A stretch of DNA of 64,000 nt from Squalus acanthias. Taxonomy: Eukaryota. The notes beneath the pieces are model-generated. The model saw only the letters and a program-made list of their open reading frames with translations, did not search any database and was not told where the DNA came from. Each line of letters starts with the position of its first letter. The first letter of the stretch is position 1. The translations under genes were made by a program, and so were the position numbers. This document shows positions 51,700 to 63,120 of this stretch, piece after piece. The stretch lies in the NCBI GenBank assembly GCA_030390025.1, contig CM059435.1:30070001-30134000 (forward strand). The letters are read 5' to 3'.

Positions 51700-52040
51700 G
51701 TGACCCTGAGCTTCTAGTCGCCTGTCATTTTAATTCTCCATCCCACTCCCACTCTGACCTCTGTCCTCAGCCTCCTACACTGTTCTAATGAAGCTCGAGG
51801 AACAGCACCTCAACATTGAGTTCAAGAATTTCAGATCATAACCTTTGCCTCCATTTTTGAAGGACGGCAGCTGTTGCTGATTCTGATATTCCCATTTACA
51901 CCTCCTAGATCCATCTTTTGTTTCTTTACTTGTCCCATTACCATCTCCTTTTGCCTTGCACCATTATCCCTTTTGTCGTTTAATCTTTTTGCTTGTGTCA
52001 TTTAATCTCTCCTGCCTTCCACCCTATCAAGCATCACTTT
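51700..52040 (+). mobile_element. Decayed Penelope GIY-YIG C-terminus and 3' UTR
   Basis: VACHFNSPSHSHSDL..LEEQHL..NIEFKNFR remnants with deletions. Confidence 0.7.
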
Positions 52041-52042
52041 GT

Positions 52043-52460
52043 TCTCTTCCCCCCCTTCTCTTTCCCCCCCCCTTCTCTTTCCCCCCCCCTTCTCTTTTCC
52101 CCCCTCCTTCTCTTTTCCCCCCCCCTTCTCTTTCCCCCCCCCTTCTCTTTTTCCCCCCCCTTCTCTTTTCCCCCCCCCTTCTCTTTTCCCCCCCCCCCCT
52201 TCTCTTTCCCCCCCCCCTTCTCTTTCCCCCCCCCCTTCTCTTTCCCCCCCCCCTTCTCTTTCCCCCCCCCCCTTCTCTTTCCCCCCCCCCTTCTCTTTCC
52301 CCCCCCCCTTCTCTTCCCCCCCCCCTTCTCTTTTCCCCCCCCCTTCTCTTTTTCCCCCCCCCCTTCTCTTTCTCCCCCCCCTTCTCTTTCTCCCCCCCCC
52401 TTCTCTTTCCCCCCCCTTCTCTTTCCCCCCCCCCCCTTTTCTCTTTCTTCCCCCCCCCCC
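52043..52460 (+). repeat. Polypyrimidine minisatellite, unit about C(7-10)TTCTCTTT
   Basis: About 420 bp of only C/T in tandem units of about 16-19 nt. Confidence 0.95.
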
Positions 52461-52885
52461 ACCGACCCAGAAAAAAAAAAATCCGAACCTACCTGCTGAT
52501 TCCCGGGCTTCAGAGACTTCGGGTCCTGGGCCTGCAGGCATACACCTACGTAAAGGCCTACGGATCCCAGGGACACAGGTGGTTCGGTGGGGTCACATAG
52601 GGCCAGGTCCTCCTATCAGGAAGGGGGATTCCTCAAATGGGGATTCCATATACGAAGGGAATCCCCATAAGCATGAACCCAATCCCCAAATAATTTGCAC
52701 AACTGGAATAAAAATAAATGTTCCCATTTTCAAATTTAATTAAAAGTCCCTTTAATGAAGCATTTAAAATAAAAATGTAATTTTTTGAAAAATAATTTTA
52801 AACATTTTAATTTGGGCCAAAATTTACATAAGCTAATTATAAATGTTTGTGGATGCTATTTTAGTTTAAAATTTTTAATTTAACA

Positions 52886-54304
52886 TTTAAGAAAGGAGGG
52901 AGAGAGAAAACGGGGAACTACAGACCAGTTAGCCTGACATCAGTAGTAGGGAAAATGCTAGAATCTGTTATTAAGGAAGTGGTAGCAGGGTACTTAGAAA
53001 ATAATAATAGGATTGGGCAGAGTCAACACGGATTTATGAAAGGGACATCGTGTTTGACAAATCTGTTAGTTTTTTGAGGTTATAACTAGCAGAATAAATA
53101 AGGGGGAACCAGTGGATGTGGTGTATTTGGATTTTCAGAAGGCATTCGATAAAGTGCCACACAAGAGGCTATTAAACAAAATTAGGGCTCATGGGATTGG
53201 GGGTAATATATTAGAATGGATTGAGGATTGGTTAACGGACAGAAAAGAGAGTAGGAATAAACTTGTCATTTTCGGGTTGGCAGGCTGTAACTAGTGGGGT
53301 ACCGCAAGGATCAGTGCTTGGGCCTCAGCTATTCACCATCTACATCAATGATTTGGATGAGGAGACCAAATGTAATATATCCAAGTTTGCTTATGATACA
53401 AAGCTGGGTGGGAATGTAAGTTGTGAGGAGGATGCAAAGAGGCTTTAAGGGGATATAGACAGGCTAAGTGAGTGGGGAAAATAGAATATAATGTGGAGAA
53501 ATGTGAAGTTATTCACTTTGGTAGGAAAAATAGAAAAGTCGAGTATTTTATAAATGGTGAGAGATTGGGAAATGTTGGTGCTCAGAGGGACCTGGGTGTC
53601 CTTGTACACAAATTACTGAAAGTTAACATGCAGGTACAGCAAGCAATTAAGAAAGCAAATGGTATGTTGGCCTTTTTTACTGGAGGATTTGAGTATAAGA
53701 GTAAAGATGCCTTACTGCAATTATATAGGGCCCTGGTGAGACCACACCTGGAGTATTGTGTACAGTTTTGGTCTCCTTACCTAAGGAAGGATATACTTGC
53801 CATAGAGGGAGTGCAACAAAGGTTCACCAGACTGATTCCTGGGATGGGGGGATTGTCCTATGAGGAGAGATTGAGTAGACTAGGCCTATATTCTCTCGAG
53901 TTTAGAAGAATGAGAGGTGATCTCATTGAAACATACAAAATTCTTACAGGGCTTGACAGGGTAGATGCAGGGAGGATGTTTCCCTTGGCTGGGGAGTCTA
54001 GAACCAGGGGTCACATTCTCAGAATAAGGGGTCAGCCATTTAGGACTGAGATGAGGAGACATTTTTTCACTCAGAGGGTGGTGAATCTTTGGAATTCTCT
54101 ACCCCAGAGGGCTGTGGAGGCTCGGTCGTTGAGTATATTCAAGACCGAGATCGATAGATTTTTGGATATTAAGGGATATGGGGATAGTGGAGGAAAGTGG
54201 AGTTGAGGTAGAAGATCAGCCATGATCTTATTGAATGGCGGAGCAGGCTCGAGGTGCCGAATGGCCTACTCCTGCTCCTATTTCTTAAGTTCTTATGTTC
54301 TTAT
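52886..54304 (+). mobile_element. Relatively young CR1 LINE, 5'-truncated ORF2 (RT) with 3' UTR
   Basis: [48 protein letters not shown], 244-aa C-terminal ORF; few frameshifts; tail of ttcttatg repeats. Confidence 0.95.
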
Positions 54305-56191
54305 TTATATTAACTCTTGTGCTTTTACCAGGCTTAAGGGTTTCATGGGCAGTAGTTTGGCAAATAGCCCAACTCTGCACCAGCGTAAGTGTTTTTGGGT
54401 TGCAGGCAGACGATCTGTCAAGGCGAACCTTGACTGATCGCAAGTTCCGGGTTTTCGCGCATGCGGAAACTTGGAACTTGTGGGGCCTTTTACAAGGCTT
54501 ACGACCATCGGCGCCACAAAATCCGGGCTATTGACAAACTATTGGAGACCACCTCTCCTAACCTCTGAAAGAGCAAGGAGAACAGCCTTTTCATTGCACA
54601 AATAGTTTTTTAAAATTACTATAGGGCAACAAAAGCAACATCTAGTCAGATCCGATGACTTCACTGAACCCCCTGAGTCTAGGGATCCCAGGTTGAAAAC
54701 AGTTGTGTCAAAGACTGGAGCTCTATGGGTCATTGGGAGAGGATATTACAGATAAATGATTTAGATACAGTTATGAGGAAATTTATCTAAGTTTTCTGCT
54801 GTTAGCAAATTGGGGGCATGGCCTACTGAAGAGTGTGGTGAATATCACAAAATTGGATGCTTGGAGCACATGCCTGTTAAGTAACCCACCTGATTTTCCT
54901 CCATTTAACTCAATTAGATAAGGAAGTTGGAAACATTGAGCTAAAGGTGCATAATGTTCCTTTTGTGGTTTTGTTCCCGTGCAAATGCTGACCGTAAGAG
55001 AACTAAATATGCTTCTGCTTTGAGGTGTTTATGCAGTGAACATTTTCTTGGTGACATGACAATTGATGTAATTGTTTTTAAGCTTTTTAACACACCTCCA
55101 GCAGTATGCTTTCCCTCTGAAAGTAGGCGTAATGAAATCCTATTAAGTAATAAAAAATCCATTTGTGTTTGAAGTTTAATGTAATGTTCTGACAGCATTA
55201 TGTAAACCACGAGTTGTTCACATTCAGTTCTAGCCTGCCAAAAAGACACATCAGCTGCCTGCATTAGACCAAATTTTGAAGTCTAGATTTATGAACAAAC
55301 CGAAGCAATCCAATCTGAAAAAACTTGAGTGCTTAAATGGACTGTAACCATGTGACCATAATTAATGTGTTCTGCAGAGATTCTGCAGCAATGCATCTCA
55401 AAGTCACATACACAATAGTCATGGCCTTTGGCTGTTTTGTGCTTTTAATGTTCTGGGTTTCATTCCTTGAACCTGTTTAAAAGTTGTCCAGTGTTGATGC
55501 ACCTTTTAGTCATTTTGGCCAGAAGGAACCATTGTTGAAAGGTGGTAAATTCTTTTTGACATGTTTTTGCTTGCACATGAAATTGTTTTCGCAAAAGTCC
55601 TCCGGAAACAGAAGGAGATAATTTTTCTCCAATGTGTGCAAATAATGCAATGAGGCATTTTGATACAACATCTGTTGTCTCGCAAACTGGCTTGCTAACT
55701 TTTTCTTCTTGAAGATAGTGGACCTTTTTTAAATTCCAGCTTTAGCTTCACCATTCCTGTTCATCTGATTTAATCTTGTGGTATCATCACATAAACTGTT
55801 GCCATTAGTACATTATTCCACACTGTAAAGTAGTTTGTTCAGAGTTGGTGCTTGCAATGTTTCTTGGGCAGTTAGATGCTATGATGCACTTTAAAGGGTC
55901 TGAATGTTGAAACCTCATGTGTTGTGACTAAGCTTATGTGGAATTGGAAACCTTCAATTACTTTTTAACGAGCTGCTGTTCATGGCTCAGATCTTATTGA
56001 TCCAAGTCTGATTGCAGCATTTCTTTCTGTTTGAATTCTCGTGGCAATGTTGTCGGAAAGTTCTCAGAGGCATTTTGTACCCAGCGTTACAACCAGCCTG
56101 GGAACGTTATAACGTTGTAGTGATAAATAGAAAGTTGAGATTGGCTAGTTGAGTGTAGCTATCCAACTTGTATCTTGTATTGTTGATGCAG

Positions 56192-56277
56192 GATAATCAA
56201 AGTTCCCGACTCCTCAGAAGGACTGAGCTTCCAGATCCGTGGAGCTGCTCCTCCATTTGTTCATGCAGTTCTAAAAG
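56192..56277 (+). CDS. PREX1: PREX1 exon, PDZ2 start ([28 protein letters not shown])
   Basis: gatgcag acceptor, gtaaga donor; 86 nt, phase 2/1; FQIRGAAPP motif. Confidence 0.94.
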
Positions 56278-59019
56278 GTAAGACAGTCATGTTGGCACAA
56301 AGATGGGAATTGGTATTGGATTCTACAGATATGATGTAAACATTGTCTTAATTGCAATATCAACTATTAGAAATGTTGACAGACCATTGATGATCTGCAT
56401 TATCTGATTTTATACAAAGCTAACAAATATTTACACACTTGAACAGTGCCAAATGCATCTTAAATGTTTGAGCTGTCAAATGGAGAAAATTTGTCAAGTG
56501 TTTTGTTCATTTTTTTGAGGTTTATTAGAAAGAGATTTTGTTCAACATTTTGCCAGCAATGTTTCAAAATCACTTTTTTTCCAGAGCAGTTCTGTGAAAA
56601 TTCATTCATTTTCTCCCATTGCATGTGATATGTCATCCTCTCACCAAGTGGATGCAATTCTGAACAGACTTTGAGCAAGAGTTCCACAGGCTATGTGTTT
56701 GGGTGGGAGTTTCTATGTGTATGGGGGTATGACAGAGGGCGTCTGGTGATTGACTTGCTTTTTTCCCCCTGTTTCTTTGTCTCTCTCTTTCACACTCAAA
56801 CGCTACTTCCTGTTCTATACCGAGAACTCTCAGACAGGGGAAGAACCTAATTCCTACCACTGTGTGTCAACATGCCAATGTGTTGCTTTACTGGAACACT
56901 AATTCCCATCCTTTTTCCCCAGTTTCTGTGTTTTCCAAACAGGATCCTGGAAACTTAGGACTGTACTTAACTTGTGTTCCTTCCAAATGTCTCTGATTTT
57001 GAAAGCATTGCATTTAAATTGCTGCTATAATTCTTGGATTTCATTTTTGTTTGCTTTTTCCTCCCCCTTCCAAGCACGTGGGATCACATGAGGACAGGCA
57101 GAGAAAACGGAGTTCTAACACTGATTGCCTGCAGTCAACTGCTAAGAAATGCACGGGAACAGACTATTCACTAACTTTGTGCCTTGCGTATACATTTTTC
57201 TTCCTCCGTTTTCTCTTCCCCTCCCAACCCCTGCCCCCCCCGGCCATGGTATGTTTAAGGTCAGAAATTTGTCAAGTGGCCAATCGTGTTGCAAACCCAG
57301 GTCCTGTAACAGAACATGTTGATATATATCAACACACTGTGCCACTTTCACACAATCCACACTAGATGCAAGTTCCAACATGATTTTGAACATTTTTCCA
57401 CCAGCTTTCTAGTATTACTTCAATTATCCTTCATTCAGGGTTTCAATAAAAAGCTGAAAATGCAGCTTTTACAGTTCTACTATTACGGTAACCTTAACTT
57501 TCAAACGCTTGCATGGCGACCTGCAATTTAACTTTCTTTGAACAATAAAAAAAAAAGTTTGAACTTGCAGAGAAATGGCATAATTGTCAGCAGGTGAGTA
57601 GGAGGTGCTGGGATATTATTACTGGGAAAATGAAAGATGGTTCAGAAGTAGCAGAAACATTGGTGGGTGTTGCAAGTTTTTTGTTTGAACAAATTTTTGA
57701 TGTGTTCTCTTTTTGATTAATGATAGGTTAGGTTGTCAGACCTTGCTGCTTTCTTCAGATGTATTTCTGGTGCGGGGGCGGCGGGGGGAAATCTATTCAA
57801 ATCAACATTAGGTGTCGTGCATGTAGTTTCTTACCCCAAGTTTCTTGAACCATGGAAACTAAAGTTAATGTTCACTTTTATCACTATCCAGACAGTTTTT
57901 AAATGTGATTCATTTTAACTTTTAAGATGACTATATTCTGAATGAGAAGACTGTTTAAATAAATGTTTTGGCAATGTAGGTCTATATTGCTGCCACTATG
58001 AAGTTATAGTGAATAGATGACAGAGCTGAAGCTGCAAGTTCTTGTTTAAAATCTCCAGCGAGGTTTTGAGTTGACGTGTGCGGTCTGCTCCAGAGAAACA
58101 TGTACCTGATCCAAATGTAAACTGTGATTAAAACATGAAATTGTAAGGTACCAAATAATTTCCTGTTCGCTTGTAGCATCTCTACTTTCTAATCCAGTAT
58201 TGGTATTTGTCTACTCAATTCTGATGTAGACATAAAACTGTTCAAATTATTCATTTTTCCAATGGACAAGACTTTACATTGCCAACTGCAAGGTAATTCC
58301 ATCTATAGATTGCAATTCTGCTTGATTTTCAATTTGCTTGTTTTATTAGGTTTGGTAGAGAAACAGCCAAAGCCGCTTCATAGTGGCATAATCAGGGATA
58401 ATTTAACACTGAGCCAAAGGAGATATTCGGAGGGATGAGGTCACAGAGGTGGTTTTAGGAGTGCCTTAATAGGCAAGAGTGGTGTAGGGGTAGTCAGCAC
58501 TCTTAACTTGTCAATGAGCCAAAGAAGATATTTCTAATTGGGCCTCTGTTAAGTGCCTTGGGATATTTTTCTACATTAAAGGCACTGTATAAATGCAAGT
58601 TGTTGTTGGTTGTTACATGAAACTTGGTGTGGGAGTGCAAGTGATCCCTTTCAGAAGGAATGGTAAATTAGGAGGATTGAACTTGTAACACGAAAGCACG
58701 CAGAATAGCAGTTATTAAGTCTACTGTTCAGGTGGCTTCACTCTCCTCACTGAACAAGTTAGTTATTCACCACATCTGCCCCATCTACTGCTAAACACTG
58801 CTTTACTGTTGCATGTTTCCAGTGCTCTGCTTGCCAGTAGCCTTGCTTCCATCCTCCATAAATTGTAGGTCATCCAGAATGCCATGGCCCCCATTCTCAC
58901 CCATACAAATTCCCATCATCCCTGTCCTCACAAAGCTCCACTGACTTCCTGTGTCTGAGATTCAACCTTAAGATCCTTATCCTCAACTTAAAATCCCTCC
59001 AAGGCTTTTCCCTTTCATG

Positions 59020-59630
59020 AGAACGTAAGAATAGCAGCAGGGGTAGGCCATTCGGCCCTTTGAGCCTGCTCCGCTATTCAGTAAGATCATGGCTGATCTT
59101 CTATCTCAATTCCACCTTCCCGCACTATCCCCATATCCCTTGATTCCCTTAATATCCAAAAATCCATCGATCTCTGTCTTGAATATACACAACAATTGGA
59201 ATTCTCTACTCCAGAGGGCTGTGGATGCTCAAAGATTCACAACCCTTTGAGTGAATCTCTTCATCTCTGTCCTAAATGGCCAACCACTTATTCTGAGACT
59301 GTGACCCCTCGTTCTAGACTCCCCAGCCAGGGGAAACATCCTCCCTGCATTTACCCTGTCAAGCCCTGTAAGAATTTTGTATGTTTCAATGAGATCACCT
59401 CTCATTCTTCTAAAATCGAGAGAAGAAAGGCCTCAGTCTGCTCAATCTCTCCTCATTAGGACAATCCCCCCCATCCCAGGAATCAGTCTGGTGAACCTTT
59501 GTAGCACTCGTTCTAAGGCAAGTATATCCTTCCTTGGGTAAGGAGACCAAAACTGTTTACAGTACTCCAGGTGTGGTCTCACCGAGGCCCAATATAATTG
59601 CAGTAAGACTTCTTTACTCTTAGGCTCCAA
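59020..59630 (-). mobile_element. CR1 LINE 3' fragment
   Basis: ORF 59442..59651 (LLQLYWASVRPHLEYCKQFWSPY); UTR is the reverse complement of 54150-54300. Confidence 0.88.
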
Positions 59631-61294
59631 TCCAATCCTCTCCAGATCCATTTTCCTTTCTTCCTACTGCTCTGGATCTACTCGCTATCCAACAAACTAT
59701 AAAGCACTGAAATGCTTCTATTTATAATGAGAACTATAGAAATGCAAGTTGTTGAAGGATGGAGGCCAGGGAACGAGTGAGCAATTGATTTCTGTCCCTT
59801 AATCAACAACTTAAGTTGGAAAAAGAAAACTCCTCCGGACTGGTGAGCTAAACTTGTGGTTAATACAAAAAAAAATTAAGGCTCGATAAGAACCTTTTGA
59901 GGTTGGCACATTATAACAAATTGTTCTAACAGGATTCCACATACAAGATGGGTTTGTTTTACACAATCAAGCCCATGACTTTCCAAAAGCATCATCGAAG
60001 GATTTTGTTGTCCTTTCTGTTGCTTATTTACTGTAAACTCTTTGCGAAAATGTTGAGAGCTAATCCTCATTTTTTTAAAAAAAATCCTCAATTTATAAGA
60101 AAAGTGAGTCATTTATAGGCTGGATTTTGTGCAATGGATTACAGCAGGACATTGCGGAATACTGGCCAGCGGGCAGCATTGTGCAATGATTATGGTAAGA
60201 GCTATTTATACAGAGACGTGTGAGCACTGGGATTCCCAGAACTATTGACTTGAAAACCATATGTCTCAAGGCTCTTCTCGCCAAAAATGCAAAACTTCTT
60301 GAAAACAATGGGTGTGAGGGGTTTCAGGAGATTTATGTAGATCAAAACAATTCTTGGAGTAAAGTTTCACTGAGACTTTGATTATGATTGGTTTGAGTCT
60401 GCTTGTGCAGGGTTTCAAATGTAAAACATATATTTTCAAAGAGCGTGTTTCTTCTTCTCCCTGCAAAACAGCCCCGTTCTGGGATATTACAAAACATATG
60501 GGTAGCTTACAGAGTAGACAATCTGTCTTCTGTCTTATCAAGATTTCACACAAGCTCAGGAGGAGGTCCGTCATGACATACCATCTTGCCAGAAACTACG
60601 CAGCTGTCAGTCTGTTTTACTGCCTCTCCTTCTCCCCCTTTCCTCTTCTCTCTCTCCACTCCTCACATACTAACTGGTTTAAACATTCCATCTTTATGAA
60701 TGAATGTGAAGTACTGCAAAGAAATTGAGGAAATGGAAAATAGTGCATGCTGGGTCCAATCTTCGTGAGTTATTTACTGTCACAGTGTGGGTGCATTTTG
60801 ACTTCTTCATCCTCTTTCTTGTGTGTGTGAGTGAACTGTGGGTAAGGGAGTGGGAGGAATGGCCAGGCCTGCTTGTGATAGTTTTCATCAGTAAATTATT
60901 TCTTTATGCCACCCTGTACTCTCTTCTGTTAGTTCATTTTGGTTTATTACCTCATTTACTTGTTGTGGTCCATGTCTACCATTAAACTTACCAGCTTGTG
61001 TTTATATTTTGGAACATGTACCTATAAGTGGTAAACAAGAAATAATAATACTGCATGAAATCCTGAAGATTCAGTTCTTGAGAATGTTTCCTGTTGGTAA
61101 CAGGGAAAATTCTGCCCGTACTACTTAGACGACACACTTGATGTAACTGAATGTGAACAGCTTTAAATGGATAACGCATTTAAAAGAAAATCTGAGGAGG
61201 GGGTGCTTTCTGTTAAAAGTTCCCTCCACCCCATCCCAGCTTTCACTTAAAAATATATTTATATATTTTCTGTACCCTGTGTAAATTTGATGGT

Positions 61295-61295
<1 letters not shown>

Positions 61296-61333
<38 letters not shown>
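61296..61333 (+). repeat. Poly-C tract (38 nt)
   Basis: Direct reading. Confidence 0.95.
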
Positions 61334-61334
<1 letters not shown>

Positions 61335-61602
61335 CCAATGTCGAGAGCTGTTCGAGTGTTCTACATCACGGGAATAGTCACATTCATCCCACAGTAGCCC
61401 CAATGACGAGAGAGCTGGCACTTTGGACTAGATTGGGATTGATCCGGAGCCACCACACCCTGGACAATTGCTCCCAGCTGGGCATTCAGCATAATCTAGC
61501 CAGTAGAGTGCTTTAAAATGTTTGTTGTAGGGTTGTACAGCTTTAAGTTTGTGGACTATAAATGGTTTACAAGAATGTGCTGAGATTCTGATTATCTTGC
61601 AG

Positions 61603-61739
61603 GGTCTGGGGCTGCAGCAGCTGGGCTTCTCCCTGGCCAATGTATTTTGAAAGTAAACGGGAATAATGTCAGCAAAGAGAACTACACTGAGGTCCTGGAA
61701 CACTTCAGTGCTTATAGAAAAAATGTACAGCATCTACTG
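61603..61739 (+). CDS. PREX1: PREX1 exon, PDZ2 ([45 protein letters not shown])
   Basis: tcttgcag acceptor, gtaagt donor; 137 nt, phase 1/0; [15 protein letters not shown] motif. Confidence 0.94.
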
Positions 61740-62099
61740 GTAAGTAGCAGTACAGTAATACAGCATACTGCATGCAATCATGGGTTTTCTCTCCAACTAG
61801 GCGTGGATGAATTGGTCTCGTCAATGTGCACCATTGTAAATAAATAGAAAAAGAATATGTTTACCATTTCCCTACACATAACCAACCAGAGCAATTCTTC
61901 CTCTTCCCTCCTCCTGCCGCAGATGCGAGTGAATTGAATTGGAATTGTTTGTAATGTTCCAGAAGAATCTATTACACAGTGAAACTAAAGGCCATGTTGT
62001 GTTGGAATTCTAAAGCGGTGTGCTATGTAGTGGTAGAATGAGGGTTTGTTTTCCAAGTTTGTCATGGAAAAATATACAGTTTTGGCTCAACATTTTTAA

Positions 62100-63120
62100 T
62101 TTGTTGAAGGAATGTGGGTAATGCTGGCAATGCTGCATTTATTGCCCATCCCTAGTTGCCTTGAGAAAGTGGTGGTGGACCACCTTCTTGAATCACAGCA
62201 GTCTTCGTGGTAATGGTGCTCCCACAATGGTATTTGGTAGGGAATTCTAGGACATTGGGCTGGATTTTGCCAGCCCTGGGGAAGCGTACCCATCTCGCCC
62301 CAACCCGCCTCCGTGCCATCTTCCCAGGAGGCGGGTAGCCGACCCGCGCCGGGTCCCGTCTCCTGGAGGCGGGAAGGGGATTACAGCCACTTAACTACCT
62401 GTTAACAGGTAGTTAACAGGCAGTTAAGAGGATTATCCCCATTTTTCCACCAGAGGCGCGGGCTTCCCGACGTCGGGGAAACCCCGCCAGGGTCACCGAG
62501 GCGAGCAGTGGGTCTGCGCGGGTCGAAGAGGTGCAAAAGTGCGCTGTGGAGGTGAGTGGTGGGTGTAAGTGTGGAGAGGTAAGTATGTGAGGTGAGTGAA
62601 AAGTGCAAGAAAATGTTTACTTACCTTTGTTTCTTCCTGCAGGCTTCAACAGTTGGGGAACCGGAGACTCCCGCATCTCACCGGCAGAGATGACAGATGT
62701 CTGCTGCATTCTCCAATGCAACAACCATCTGATTTCTGCTTACAAAAGAGGTTTGATGAGTCTTGAATGCAAGGACTCATCAAACAACAGAGAATGTCAG
62801 TGTTTGACAGCTTCACAGAGCTGTCAAACGATGACAATTCATCTGTCAAAAATTTTTGACAGATGAAACGTCATATGCTGACGTTCTCTGTAACCGGCTT
62901 CCCCTTAATTGGCCTGCTAAGCCCACTGGGCGGGCTTAACAAGGTCACTCAAGGGGAAATAGTGTGGGTTGGTCAGAAGTCGATGGAGGCGGGACTGAAA
63001 CCTGACAAGCAGCAGTCCCGCCTCCAACGCGCCCCCATTGCCAAAATCACCCCCTTTGATACAGCAATGATTAAGGAATGGCATATCCAATCAGGATCGC
63101 GTGTGACTTGGACTGAGGTA
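62100..63120 (-). mobile_element. LINE 3' end split by a DNA-transposon-like insertion
   Basis: Minus strand FKKVVHHHFLKA..gggatgggcaataaatgc end at 62100-62256; the sequence resumes at 63055-63120. Confidence 0.55.
62257..63054. mobile_element. Non-autonomous TIR element (Harbinger-like ends, inferred)
   Basis: Imperfect TIRs gggctggattttgcc / gccaaaatcacccc; CpG-rich interior; interrupts an older LINE. Confidence 0.6.

Noticed and set aside
51956-52743. Long Pro/Phe-rich and Gly/Lys/Glu-rich ORFs
   Set aside because: Artefacts of the stop-free C/T minisatellite, open in several frames on both strands.
53472-54206. 244-aa ORF as a host gene
   Set aside because: C-terminal part of a frameshifted, truncated CR1 ORF2.
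13531-61739. Assignment as PREX2
   Set aside because: [29 protein letters not shown] and TYKARSE match recalled PREX1, not PREX2.
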